A stretch of DNA of 52,571 bases from IMG/VR virus record IMGVR_UViG_3300032893_000065, positions 1 to 52,571 of that record; one strand, 5' to 3'. Source of the DNA: a virus. Taxonomy: Duplodnaviria; Caudoviricetes. The notes under the pieces are model-generated. The model was given only the letters and a program-made list of their open reading frames with translations. It searched no databases and was not told the DNA's origin. Position numbers and translations under genes: made by a program. Below are positions 1 to 8,288 of the stretch, one piece after another; within the stretch, counting starts at the first letter, position 1, and each line of letters starts with the position of its first letter.

Positions 1-308
1 TCCGCCCGCGCGGCGGCGAGGTCGCGCTCCAGTTCCGCGACGCGGGCCTTTAGTCGTTCGTGTTCCTCAAACCATTTCCCCGAGTGCATGCTGTACCGAT
101 GATCCGCTGATCTACGCCATTCGTCTCGTTCCTTCTCCGCCTTCTCCGCGCGGGCCTGCATGGTCGCCATCTCCTCGCCGCACTTCCGCGCGGCGGCGAG
201 AGCGGCGTCTCGCTCAAGCCTTAGGGTATTAGCTTCCTCTGCCGCGCAGGCCGGGCATCGATCCATGCCCATCCACGATCCATGTGCGGCGCAGTATCCC
301 ATAGTCAT
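1..308 (-). CDS. Partial phage protein, Cys-motif N-terminus plus coiled coil (runs off window start)
   Basis: Read by hand: ATG at 308 overlaps TGA of 305..499; MTMGYCAAHG...CPAC...RAEKAEKERDEW...RVAELERDL, open to position 1. Confidence 0.65.
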   Translation of the reverse strand, partial: MTMGYCAAHGSWMGMDRCPACAAEEANTLRLERDAALAAARKCGEEMATMQARAEKAEKERDEWRRSADHRYSMHSGKWFEEHERLKARVAELERDLAAARA

Positions 309-499
309 GCCCCCTCCCGGATCTTCGGCGGTGGTTCCCGCCTGTCCTCGACCTCGGGCAATTCGTGGAACGAATCCCAGTAGTGCGCGCAGGCGGCGCA
401 CAGGAAGTAGCCGCGGTCCTCGACCCGCCGCGCGTTCTTGACCTCGCCTCGGCCGCAATGGTTGCAAAGCATGGCTACCCTCGCTTCGCGCGGATCCAC
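305..499 (-). CDS. Small Zn-ribbon protein
   Basis: CNHC...CAAC pairs; packed between neighbours. Confidence 0.55.
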   Translation of the reverse strand: MDPREARVAMLCNHCGRGEVKNARRVEDRGYFLCAACAHYWDSFHELPEVEDRREPPPKIREGA

Positions 500-879
500 G
501 CCGCGAACATCCGGTTCACTTCTGGATATTCGTGAAGCGTCCGGTGGCAGTCGCCGCAGAGCCAGGCCACGTTCGTGATGTTCTGCTCTTGCCGTCGCCT
601 ACCAGAGCCGCCCTGGAGATGGTGCATGTGCCCCATGGCCGGCAGAGTGCTTCGCTGGCACCGCTCGCAACTGATCCGAGCCAGGGCGATGACCTTCTCC
701 CGTAGCGCCGCAGTCTGGGCCTTGTAGTCGGCCCGCGAAGGCTTCATCCGCCCGCTTGCGACCTTCTTCCGTGAACGGCGCTTCTGGTGTAGCCGCTCCG
801 CAGCGTCCACAATCGACTCAGGGACAAGCCCAGGGTGCTCCAGGACCCAGTCAGAAAGAGTCTTCGCGTCCCGGTTCAT
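475..879 (-). CDS. HNH endonuclease-like protein
   Basis: CERC..HMHH..N..LCGDCHRTLH pattern. Confidence 0.75.
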   Translation of the reverse strand: MNRDAKTLSDWVLEHPGLVPESIVDAAERLHQKRRSRKKVASGRMKPSRADYKAQTAALREKVIALARISCERCQRSTLPAMGHMHHLQGGSGRRRQEQNITNVAWLCGDCHRTLHEYPEVNRMFAAWIRAKRG

Positions 880-887
880 GGGACGCC

Positions 888-1841
888 TCAGAAGGGTAGG
901 TCGTTAGGCTCGTCGGCGCCGGGGGTATGGTCAGGCGGGAAGAGCAGGTACTCCATGTCGAGGATCTGCTGCTCCTTCCACTCCGCCGTCTTCGGCGCCT
1001 TCGGACCAAAGACCTTCATCCGGGCTGCGACCCACGCCTTGTCCCGGTCCTCATCGTTGGGCCACTTTTCGCCGGCACGCGCCCATAGACCCATGACAGT
1101 AACGGGCCTCGGGGCCGACTCCTCCGCGGATGGCTCTAGGGATGCCGTTTCTGGGGCCGCAGGCTGGCTAGGAGGGGCTGAAAGCACCTTAGCCGCTTCT
1201 TGGGCCGGAGTCGGCGTTTGCGGGCCTCCTACGGGCGCCGGAACCGCCATGGCGGGCGTGAAATCGGCCGCCTCGTCTGGGTCATAGCCGCGAACGAGGT
1301 CCGGGTAGACCGCGCGGGCCGTGGCGGCAGCGGCGCGGTGTCGGAGCATCGTTTTGGGTTGCTTTTTGTAGTTCTCCTTCTCGCCCAACCCCAAACGCCG
1401 CGCGTCTTCGATGGTGAACGTGAAGCGCTCAGGTTTGGGCGCCCCCACGCGCTGCGTTTCGTAAGTGGCGTGGTCGTCGGTGCTTTCAACGAGAAAGAAA
1501 TGCTGGCACACGTCTCGCCGCTTTTTGCACTGGGCGACCATGAGGTCGGCGCTGTAGACCGGCTTCCCGCCGATGACGTTGATGTCGGAGAGCCCTTGCA
1601 TCGGTCCGATGCCTAGCTCCCGGGCAGTGAGCAGGATCACAAGGATGTCGGCCGGCTTACCACGGACGGCCTGTGGGACAAGGCCCGACTTCGAGAGTTC
1701 CGTCGCGAGCGCCATGGCGTGCTGGATCCCTTGGGGGTCGAACAGGGACATGGCAACGTGTTCCTGGACTTGGATGGCTTCGGTAGGCTCCGGCTCGACT
1801 GGCTTCGCTTCACCTCTTCGCGAGGGCGTCATCGGGTTCAT
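888..1841 (-). CDS. RecT-like single-strand annealing protein
   Basis: SGLVP..RGKPAD..ELGIGPMQGL..INVIGGKP..FTIEDA..YKKQPKTML..RA..AR..YPD pattern; acidic DLPF C-terminus; adjacent to Gam-like gene. Confidence 0.8.
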   Translation of the reverse strand: MNPMTPSRRGEAKPVEPEPTEAIQVQEHVAMSLFDPQGIQHAMALATELSKSGLVPQAVRGKPADILVILLTARELGIGPMQGLSDINVIGGKPVYSADLMVAQCKKRRDVCQHFFLVESTDDHATYETQRVGAPKPERFTFTIEDARRLGLGEKENYKKQPKTMLRHRAAAATARAVYPDLVRGYDPDEAADFTPAMAVPAPVGGPQTPTPAQEAAKVLSAPPSQPAAPETASLEPSAEESAPRPVTVMGLWARAGEKWPNDEDRDKAWVAARMKVFGPKAPKTAEWKEQQILDMEYLLFPPDHTPGADEPNDLPF

Positions 1842-2388
1842 CCTCCGTTGAAATATACGGTGTCTGCTTCTCCGCCACGACCTTGTACCCAGGGGGCACC
1901 TCCCCCGTCTTCCGGAAGTGATCCTGGATCGCCCGTATGACAGGCTCCCGCTTCGTGCGGACGAGAGCGCTCTCCAGGGGAAGCGAGTCTGCCCATGCCT
2001 GCGCGGCCTTCTCGTCCTCGATCTCTAGATGCTCGGGGCTGGTCCTGTACCCCAGTCTCCCGTAGACGAAATCGCGGCTTTTCTTGGTACCCCGGACAAC
2101 GAGGGCCTTGTGAGTATCGAGCCATTCCAGCAAGACGAAGTCGAAGTAGTGGACCCCGACGGCGGCAATCCGCCTCATCTTCTCGCCGCGCTTCTGGATG
2201 CGCCGGATGGCTTCCTTCACCAGCCCGTCTACCTGCTCGACCTCGCGTTGACACTGGGCCCTACGTTGAAGGCACCAGTCTATCTCCTCCATCGTCTTCG
2301 GGCGGTAGAGCCGATCGACCCCGGGGTCCTCGGCGTCCACGTAGTCGGCTACGTCATCCGGGAGCTTCGGTCCGAGGTCGTCGGTCAT
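1810..2388 (-). CDS. Mu Gam-like host-nuclease inhibitor family protein
   Basis: N-terminal coiled coil, KKS..F.YGRLGYR motif, C-terminal GEVPPG; recombination context. Confidence 0.7.
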   Translation of the reverse strand: MTDDLGPKLPDDVADYVDAEDPGVDRLYRPKTMEEIDWCLQRRAQCQREVEQVDGLVKEAIRRIQKRGEKMRRIAAVGVHYFDFVLLEWLDTHKALVVRGTKKSRDFVYGRLGYRTSPEHLEIEDEKAAQAWADSLPLESALVRTKREPVIRAIQDHFRKTGEVPPGYKVVAEKQTPYISTEDEPDDALAKR

Positions 2389-2637
2389 GGGATTATCTCG
2401 TTCCGTACAACTGCGACCCCGAGAACGTCGCTGTTCCCGCTACCTGCGGAGTCAGGATCATCTGGCCCATTGCCGGCATGATCTGGGCGTTCTGGTTGGG
2501 CATGACGCCCTGGGCCGACCCACTTGCCGAGAAATCTCCGCGCGATGCCCTGTACTCGTCGTAAGTCACAGGACCTCGCGGCTTGATAAGATCCTTGAAT
2601 GCCTTCGCCCCGGTCGCGGCCGGTTCTGCTACCGGGG

Positions 2638-2853
2638 CTACGCGAAAGGGCGAACGATGACCGTCATCCTTTCCCTGTCCACGTCCTTGAGTTCCGCCGC
2701 GTGATCCATCACGAAGTGTAGAGCAGCCGCATTGGCGTCCTTCGCGAGGGTATGCGTCGGTGCAACGACGAGCCGCTCCGGCTTCAGAACATTCATCGGG
2801 TCATCGGGCTTTACGTGGGCCTGCTCCAACACGGCAATCTCGAATAGCGGCAT
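2638..2853 (-). CDS. Hypothetical phage protein ending VRPFA; candidate -1 frameshift extension to 2393
   Basis: GGAG RBS upstream; C CCT TTC heptamer at 2644-2650 followed by a stem-loop. Confidence 0.75.
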   Translation of the reverse strand: MPLFEIAVLEQAHVKPDDPMNVLKPERLVVAPTHTLAKDANAAALHFVMDHAAELKDVDRERMTVIVRPFA

Positions 2854-2881
2854 CGGCTCCTCCGTCGTCTACGATAGAAAG

Positions 2882-2952
2882 CGGAGCGGAGGGGTCGAAT
2901 CCTAAGGCCTTGAACCCTACCCACCGCTCCGACTCCCGGCCCCATGCCGGGA
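2882..2952 (-). other. Structured intergenic element (8-bp stem enclosing two T-loop-like hairpins, plus a 7-bp hairpin)
   Basis: CGGAGCGG/CCGCTCCG at 2882-2889 and 2924-2931; TCCCGGC/GCCGGGA at 2934-2952. Confidence 0.5.
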
Positions 2953-2956
2953 ATGC

Positions 2957-3355
2957 TTACTCCATCCAGGCCACGCAACCGTTGGCACACGATGCGTGTA
3001 CGTGTCCGTTGTAGGCTACGGTGAATCGCAGCGCCTTGTCTTTCTGGCAAACCGGGCACTGGATGGCTCCATGATCGAGCCTGGTTGCGATGATCGCCTT
3101 GCGCGCCTTCCGGATACGCTCCATCCCGCGATTGCTTTCCTCAACCTGCGCCTGGACCTCTTCCGGCGTTGGGAACAGCCGAAACTCGCACCCGACCCCG
3201 CTCTTCTCGGCCTCGTCCTTGAAACAGGGGAGCGCACCGAGCTTCTTCCCCTTCTGCAGGTCGGCATAGGTGACGCCGGCCTTGCACTTGTCGTTTTGGG
3301 TTCCGTTGAAGTGTTCGCACCGATTCGCGATCTGCTCGGCAAGGGTCTTCATCAT
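2957..3355 (-). CDS. Cys/His-rich hypothetical phage protein
   Basis: CEHFNG..C; CPVC; NGHVHASC..GC; ATGA coupling with upstream gene. Confidence 0.75.
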   Translation of the reverse strand: MMKTLAEQIANRCEHFNGTQNDKCKAGVTYADLQKGKKLGALPCFKDEAEKSGVGCEFRLFPTPEEVQAQVEESNRGMERIRKARKAIIATRLDHGAIQCPVCQKDKALRFTVAYNGHVHASCANGCVAWME

Positions 3356-3456
3356 CGTCGGCTCCAGTAGACGGCGAGGCCCTGAAGGATGAGCATCGAG
3401 AGGAGGGCGCAGACCACGAAGGTCTTGACGACGGCATCCCAGTCGAGCGGGCTCAT
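3352..3456 (-). CDS. 34-aa single-pass membrane peptide (not in ORF track)
   Basis: MSPLDWDAVVKTFVVCALLSMLILQGLAVYWSRR; ATGA overlaps at both ends. Confidence 0.6.
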   Translation of the reverse strand: MSPLDWDAVVKTFVVCALLSMLILQGLAVYWSRR

Positions 3457-3755
3457 GTCAGCGCCGCCTTCGCCTTGCGGATAGCCTCTTGCGTTCTGCG
3501 GATAGCCTCTTGACCCCGGGCGAGGACCGCTCTCGTCTGGCGATCGAGCCGCTCCGGGTGCTCATAGACGACGTGGCTCATGTTCGCGTCGAAGTACAAG
3601 ACACTCGCACAGTTGATGCACAGGGAGAGGTCGCCAGGCTTTGGCCGCGGATCGTTGTTGTCTGGCATCGAGGTACACGCATCGAAGTGATACCCGCAGA
3701 CGGGGCACTTGCTATCCGGCAGCGCGGTCTCGACCATCTCGGCCATGTCGGGCAT
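3453..3755 (-). CDS. Zn-ribbon hypothetical protein
   Basis: CPVC and PKPGDLSLCINC motifs; start uncertain. Confidence 0.65.
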   Translation of the reverse strand: MPDMAEMVETALPDSKCPVCGYHFDACTSMPDNNDPRPKPGDLSLCINCASVLYFDANMSHVVYEHPERLDRQTRAVLARGQEAIRRTQEAIRKAKAALT

Positions 3756-3808
3756 CCTAGCGACGCGACGCTTGACTGTCAAGCAACGCAGCGGTAGGCT
3801 CCTCTTCG

Positions 3809-4021
3809 ATGGACCCAGCGAAGCGACTCGGGGAGCGTATCAGGGCAGCCCGACATCGGCGCGGCCTTACCCTCACCGCGCTCGCGGACAAGTGCAGCAT
3901 GGATAAGGCCCAACTCTCACGCATTGAGCAGGGCCAGCAGGAGCCCACCCTTGCCCGCCTCCGTTCCCTGGCGAGGGCTCTCGATGTCTCCCTGTTCCGA
4001 CTTCTGTGGAAGGGACCATGA
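3809..4021 (+). CDS. XRE/Cro-like HTH regulator
   Basis: LGERIRAAR..GLT..LA....SRIEQG...PTL..L..LARALDV; at the divergence point of two operons. Confidence 0.9.
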   Translation: MDPAKRLGERIRAARHRRGLTLTALADKCSMDKAQLSRIEQGQQEPTLARLRSLARALDVSLFRLLWKGP

Positions 4022-4260
4022 CCGAGATCCGAGCCGACAACCTAGTTGTTGGGGACGTCCTCCGCACCGCCGTGGGGAGGGCCACGGTCCGGGCCGTTTA
4101 CAGTAGCCATCACGGAGTCGAGGTCGTCGTCGGCTCCGGTAAACGCGTCAAGCGGGTTCTGTGGTTTTGGACCTACCAAAGGGTGAAGCTCTCGAAGAGG
4201 GGCCCTGGCCCGGTGCGTCCTCTTCTCCCTAGGCCGCGCCCAGAGAAGGACGACGAATGA
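4018..4260 (+). CDS. Hypothetical protein
   Basis: ATGA-coupled to XRE gene. Confidence 0.55.
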   Translation: MTEIRADNLVVGDVLRTAVGRATVRAVYSSHHGVEVVVGSGKRVKRVLWFWTYQRVKLSKRGPGPVRPLLPRPRPEKDDE

Positions 4261-4361
4261 GTCTCGCCACGATCTTGGGCGGGGTCACCCTGTACCTACT
4301 CTTTGTGGTGGGGATGGCTGCGTTCATCCGTCGGGGTCGAGGGCGAAGTCGGGACGACTGA
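4257..4361 (+). CDS. 34-aa membrane peptide (not in ORF track)
   Basis: MSLATILGGVTLYLLFVVGMAAFIRRGRGRSRDD; ATGA-coupled. Confidence 0.55.
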   Translation: MSLATILGGVTLYLLFVVGMAAFIRRGRGRSRDD

Positions 4362-4401
4362 GTGACGGTTGTGGTAGGCTGCCACGGTTGGAGGTCGCGC
4401 G

Positions 4402-4812
4402 ATGCGGCGCCGCAGTGGTCGGAAGCACAGGGCATCATCCCGGGACGGACCGTTCGAGCACAAGGTCTTGCGCTTTCGGCGCTCACCCTTGGTAGAAGAC
4501 CCGCCTCCTCCGCTGGAGATACCGGAGAAGACGAGGGTTCCCAGGTGGTTGCGGTGGGTATTGGCCGTGATCGGCTTGGCAGCCGTCGCGGGAATTGGTA
4601 CATATAGGCTTGCCTCGATAGGCCGGATCCGGGTTGCTCCCGCCCCCGGCCGACTTCGACCGCGCGCCGCCCCGTGGGAGGCAAAGGGCGGCGATTCCTT
4701 CCCCACTCTCGATCGCTACTTGCCCGTGATGCTCTCGGCGCGAGCGACCGAGGATTCCACCGTCACCGTGCTACTTCACCAGGCCCGCCTCGGCCGGAGG
4801 CCCAAGCGATGA
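4402..4812 (+). CDS. Hypothetical membrane protein
   Basis: GGAGG RBS; one hydrophobic segment WVLAVIGLAAVAGIG. Confidence 0.55.
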   Translation: MRRRSGRKHRASSRDGPFEHKVLRFRRSPLVEDPPPPLEIPEKTRVPRWLRWVLAVIGLAAVAGIGTYRLASIGRIRVAPAPGRLRPRAAPWEAKGGDSFPTLDRYLPVMLSARATEDSTVTVLLHQARLGRRPKR

Positions 4813-5021
4813 AGCTCGCCCCGCTGGATCCTGACCAGTTTCTTGTCTGGGCATGGCGCGGTACTCCGAAGGTCCCGGGCTGCGGGCCTCTCACGGTGGA
4901 CGACGTCGCCTTCGAGCTACAGATGCCTCGGGAGGCGATACGCAAAGATTACGTCCGATTGGCCGCCAAGGTGCGGCGAAACCAAAGACTGGGATTGGAT
5001 CCTTTCCACGGAATAGTCTAA
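4809..5021 (+). CDS. Small HTH-like protein
   Basis: LTVDDVAFELQMPREAIR resembles sigma region 4-type HTH; ATGA-coupled. Confidence 0.5.
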   Translation: MKLAPLDPDQFLVWAWRGTPKVPGCGPLTVDDVAFELQMPREAIRKDYVRLAAKVRRNQRLGLDPFHGIV

Positions 5022-5117
5022 CCGTAGACCCCTACGCTGCACTTGTCAGTACGCTGTGTGCGCTCCTGTTGTTGATTTTGGCAGGAGTCGCCTGGGGCAT
5101 GCAGGCATGGAGGGAAC

Positions 5118-5384
5118 ATGAGGCCAAACGAACCGCCCACTCACCTATTGGCGAAACGAAGCGGCAGACCCCTCAAGACAATCCAATGCGGGAAGATGGT
5201 TCACTCAGGATCGAAGTGGACGGAGGATCCGGCCAAAGCCTCCTGCCATGAGTGCGCGCGGCTGGCGGAGGGTCTGACTCCCGAGCAGCGCACGGAAATC
5301 TGGGAGAACGCGAACGACCGCATGGGCCGTAACCGCCGGAACCCGTGGAGAGCGGTCCTGGCTACGAGGGTGAAGCTGGCATGA
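5118..5384 (+). CDS. Hypothetical protein (His/Cys motif)
   Basis: GGAGG RBS; THLL..CG..SCHEC. Confidence 0.55.
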   Translation: MRPNEPPTHLLAKRSGRPLKTIQCGKMVHSGSKWTEDPAKASCHECARLAEGLTPEQRTEIWENANDRMGRNRRNPWRAVLATRVKLA

Positions 5385-5569
5385 CCGTGCGTCGCATCCG
5401 CTGCCGCGGCGACTGCGGACGCTGGTGGTACTACGACGGGAAGTCAGCCGCCGGCCGGCACGCTGGAGGACGTCCCCGGGAGTGGTGCCCCCGGTGTCTC
5501 TATCTCCACAAGCTGGAGCGAAAGCGAGTGGACTCCCCGAACCTCATGTCCCCGAGGAACCAGTCGTGA
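5381..5569 (+). CDS. Small Zn-finger protein
   Basis: CRGDC..GRPREWCPRC; ATGA-coupled. Confidence 0.55.
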   Translation: MTVRRIRCRGDCGRWWYYDGKSAAGRHAGGRPREWCPRCLYLHKLERKRVDSPNLMSPRNQS

Positions 5570-6558
5570 CCGAGGATCGGGAGGGCGGCTACATCAAGCT
5601 CTACCGGAGATGGTCCTCCTCCCCTGCGGTCTTGGCTCTGGACGGGGCTCAGCGATCCGTCTGGATCGAGATCCTTTTCGCGGCCAACTGGAAGGATACC
5701 GTAGTCGTTCTACGCTCCGGGCCGACCACCATAAAGAGGGGTCAGGCCTTGATTCCGGAGCGGACCCTGGCAAAGAGGGCCGGCGTAGGACGCCAGGTCG
5801 TAAGGACTACCCTGGACAGACTAGTCCTTTCGGAAACGTTAAAAGTAACCCAAGCTCGCTCTCTAAATGGCCCAAGCATCACGCTGATAACCGTTCTTAA
5901 CTACGACAGATTTCAGGCGAACGAGGAATTGCCAACCCAAGGTAAGACACAAAGCCAACCCAAGCCCAACCCAAGCTCAACCCGATCAGAAGAAGTAGAA
6001 GAAGTAGAAGAAGAGAGACAACTACTAGCGCCTGTCGGCGCTGCGCCCGGCAGTTTCAGAACCCTACAGGGGCTCCTCGTCAAGGCTTTCGAGGACGAGA
6101 GGGGAAGCAGGTACCTCTGGCAGGGAGCGAAGGACGCTCAGGGTCTAAAGCGCCTCTTGGCGCTCCGCCTACCCAATCAGGACATCGTGGACCGTTGGCG
6201 CGCCGGCCTCAAGGCGGCCGGCTGGAAGTCCGCGTCTACGGTGGCCCAGCTAGCGGCCAAGTGGAACGATCTCGCATCCGAGGTGAACGGCCATGACGTT
6301 GAGAGTCGTAGACTCAGGGAAGCCACAGAGCGCAGCCTCGAAGAGCCTGGACGAGGTGAGGCAGGAGGAGATCGAGCGGCTGGGAAGGGTGCGCCGGATT
6401 CGCGTCGCTTACCCGAGACTGGAAAGGCTATGCAATCCGCAATCGGAAAACTTCTGGGTGTTGGGTGGGCGCCCGGGGACGTTCAAGACAACCCTCCTGT
6501 GGAACCTCGCCCTCAACGCGGCCCGCCAGCAGCAACGGGTCCTGTTCGTCTCCCTTGA
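5566..6558 (+). CDS. Phage replication initiator / replisome organiser
   Basis: GYIKLYR..ANWKD..IKRGQ..LITVLNYDRFQ N-terminal winged-helix pattern; GTG at 5566 with GAGGA RBS; upstream of helicase. Confidence 0.8.
   Translation: MTEDREGGYIKLYRRWSSSPAVLALDGAQRSVWIEILFAANWKDTVVVLRSGPTTIKRGQALIPERTLAKRAGVGRQVVRTTLDRLVLSETLKVTQARSLNGPSITLITVLNYDRFQANEELPTQGKTQSQPKPNPSSTRSEEVEEVEEERQLLAPVGAAPGSFRTLQGLLVKAFEDERGSRYLWQGAKDAQGLKRLLALRLPNQDIVDRWRAGLKAAGWKSASTVAQLAAKWNDLASEVNGHDVESRRLREATERSLEEPGRGEAGGDRAAGKGAPDSRRLPETGKAMQSAIGKLLGVGWAPGDVQDNPPVEPRPQRGPPAATGPVRLP
5847..6018. repeat. Iteron-like repeats, probable replication origin
   Basis: CAACCCAAG at 5933, 5956, 5967, CAACCCGAT at 5978, AACCCAAG at 5847, then an AGAAGAAGT purine tract; inside the initiator gene. 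Confidence 0.6.
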
Positions 6559-7246
6559 GATGACTCCCGGAGAGATGGCCCTCAAGGCCGTCACGATGTA
6601 CTCGGGCCTTCCGCATCGTAGGGTCGTGGAGGCTCTCGTCAACGACTCCGCGGTACCCTTTACGGCAGAAGAGTCGATCAGGTGGGAAGCCGGGGAGGCT
6701 CAGTTCCTCTCGTTGCAGTTCACTCTGCGGATCCATGGTTGGCAACAGGGAAGAAGCATTCGGGATGTGCTCGGGAGTGCCTGCCGAAGCCGGTTCGACG
6801 TCGTCGCGTTAGACCATTTGGGCCACATCGGGAGAGGGAGCGAACGGCCGGAGTTTATCGTTCTGGCCGAAGCGATCGACAGGCTTCGTGCCCTATCTCG
6901 GGGCGAAGTGCTGGAGGGCTACCGCCCGCTCGTCATCGCGAACTCGCAACTGAACCGAGAGATAGACCGGGCGGAGGAGGAGCGGTTCCCGAGGCTTTCG
7001 GACTTTCGTTTGTCGTCCAGGATCGAGCATGATGCGGACGTGGTCATCGGGCTCATGAAGCGAAACGCCAGCGAAGACGAGAACAACCCGATGAGCTATC
7101 TGGACGGCTTCGTTTTGAAGAATCGAGACGGACAGTCCCCCTTGGTGCTTCTCTGGGAGGCGAACGGAGCCACCGGGCTCATCACCGAGAGAACGAAGCA
7201 GAACGCGCCACCCCCGCCATCCTGGGCAGACGGGAAGGACTCATGA
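6293..7246 (+). CDS. DnaB-like SF4 helicase (C-terminal ATPase domain only)
   Basis: GRPGTFKT, FVSLEM, LDHL, SQLNR, PRLSDFRLSSRIEHDADVV, KNRDG motifs. Confidence 0.92.
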   Translation: MTLRVVDSGKPQSAASKSLDEVRQEEIERLGRVRRIRVAYPRLERLCNPQSENFWVLGGRPGTFKTTLLWNLALNAARQQQRVLFVSLEMTPGEMALKAVTMYSGLPHRRVVEALVNDSAVPFTAEESIRWEAGEAQFLSLQFTLRIHGWQQGRSIRDVLGSACRSRFDVVALDHLGHIGRGSERPEFIVLAEAIDRLRALSRGEVLEGYRPLVIANSQLNREIDRAEEERFPRLSDFRLSSRIEHDADVVIGLMKRNASEDENNPMSYLDGFVLKNRDGQSPLVLLWEANGATGLITERTKQNAPPPPSWADGKDS

Positions 7247-7599
7247 CCTCGTTCATGGTCCCTGGGAATCCGGCCGCGAAGCAGAGACCGCGCGTCGTGA
7301 ACGGCCACGCCTACACGCCAGTCGAGACGACCAGAGCCGAGCAGTGGATCCAGATGCACGCGCGCAAGGCCAAGGTCCCGAAGCTCGAAGGCCCCGTGGA
7401 ACTCCGGCTGATGTTCTACCGAAGCGATGCCATCGGCGTGGATCTTGATAACTTGGTGAAGCTCGTTTCCGACGCCCTGAATGGGATTGCCTGGGAAGAC
7501 GATAGGCAGATCCAGTTCCTCTCGGCCGTGAAAGACATCGACCGGGAGAGCCCGCGGACCGAGATCGAGATCCGGCCCTATGACTTGGGGGGCAAGTGA
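7243..7599 (+). CDS. rusA: RusA-family Holliday junction resolvase
   Basis: PAAKQRPR; DLDNLVKLVSDALNGIAWEDDRQI. Confidence 0.92.
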   Translation: MTSFMVPGNPAAKQRPRVVNGHAYTPVETTRAEQWIQMHARKAKVPKLEGPVELRLMFYRSDAIGVDLDNLVKLVSDALNGIAWEDDRQIQFLSAVKDIDRESPRTEIEIRPYDLGGK

Positions 7600-7793
7600 C
7601 CGTGCCGGTTTACCGGATCGACCTCGCGTCGGCCCGGAGAGCAGCGAAGCCATCGCGTCTACGAGACGTCTTGACGACGCTCAGGGAGAATGGCACCATC
7701 CGCTCGTTCGAGGTTACCTCGAATGCGGTACTCATCGAGGCAGACCAGCGGGTGGAGATTCTCGTTGAGATCAGGGACCAGGAACGCGAGTAG
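7596..7793 (+). CDS. Hypothetical protein
   Basis: GTGA-coupled to rusA. Confidence 0.55.
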   Translation: MTVPVYRIDLASARRAAKPSRLRDVLTTLRENGTIRSFEVTSNAVLIEADQRVEILVEIRDQERE

Positions 7794-7794
7794 C

Positions 7795-7809
7795 GACCAT
7801 CCTTGGCAG
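7795..7809. promoter_or_regulatory. 15-mer GACCATCCTTGGCAG, copy 1
   Basis: Exact repeat; overlaps TTG start of 7803 ORF. Confidence 0.6.
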
Positions 7810-8288
7810 GGCTCGGGGGGCCCTATTGGATGAGCCCCTCCGCCGCCATGCAGCGCGAGTGGCGGCGTCGTCTCCTGGAGAGCGGTTTCCACGACATCGA
7901 GTATCGAGGCCGGGCTACGGGATGGCACGAGGTCCAGAGTCTCTACCACCTCGCCGGCCCAGTAGAGCGCGCCGCGCATGCGGCCTACTTCCAACGGGCG
8001 GGGCAGTTTTGCTGGGAGCGGCGCTTCCGGAAGATGCCGGCCGACTACCGTGCGATTTGGCGGCTCCACGCTCGGGGCGAATCGATCGTGGAGATAGCCC
8101 GTGCGCTAGAGGTCTCCGAGAGCAAGGTCCGCTACGCAATCCGGCGGGCCCGCCTGTTAGCTGGGCTCCCCGAGACGACCGAGGCGTATCGGGGAGCGAG
8201 CGGGCATGGAAGCTACACCGGCCAGGTTCGCACTGCGATCTGGAATCAGTGGCGGGACTCGACCCGCCACCGACGGCGCTGGGGCTAG
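7803..8288 (+). CDS. Sigma-70 region 4-like HTH regulator (possible late-gene activator)
   Basis: RAIWRLHARGESIVEIARALEVSESKVRYAIRRAR; position after rusA. Confidence 0.7.
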   Translation: MAGLGGPYWMSPSAAMQREWRRRLLESGFHDIEYRGRATGWHEVQSLYHLAGPVERAAHAAYFQRAGQFCWERRFRKMPADYRAIWRLHARGESIVEIARALEVSESKVRYAIRRARLLAGLPETTEAYRGASGHGSYTGQVRTAIWNQWRDSTRHRRRWG

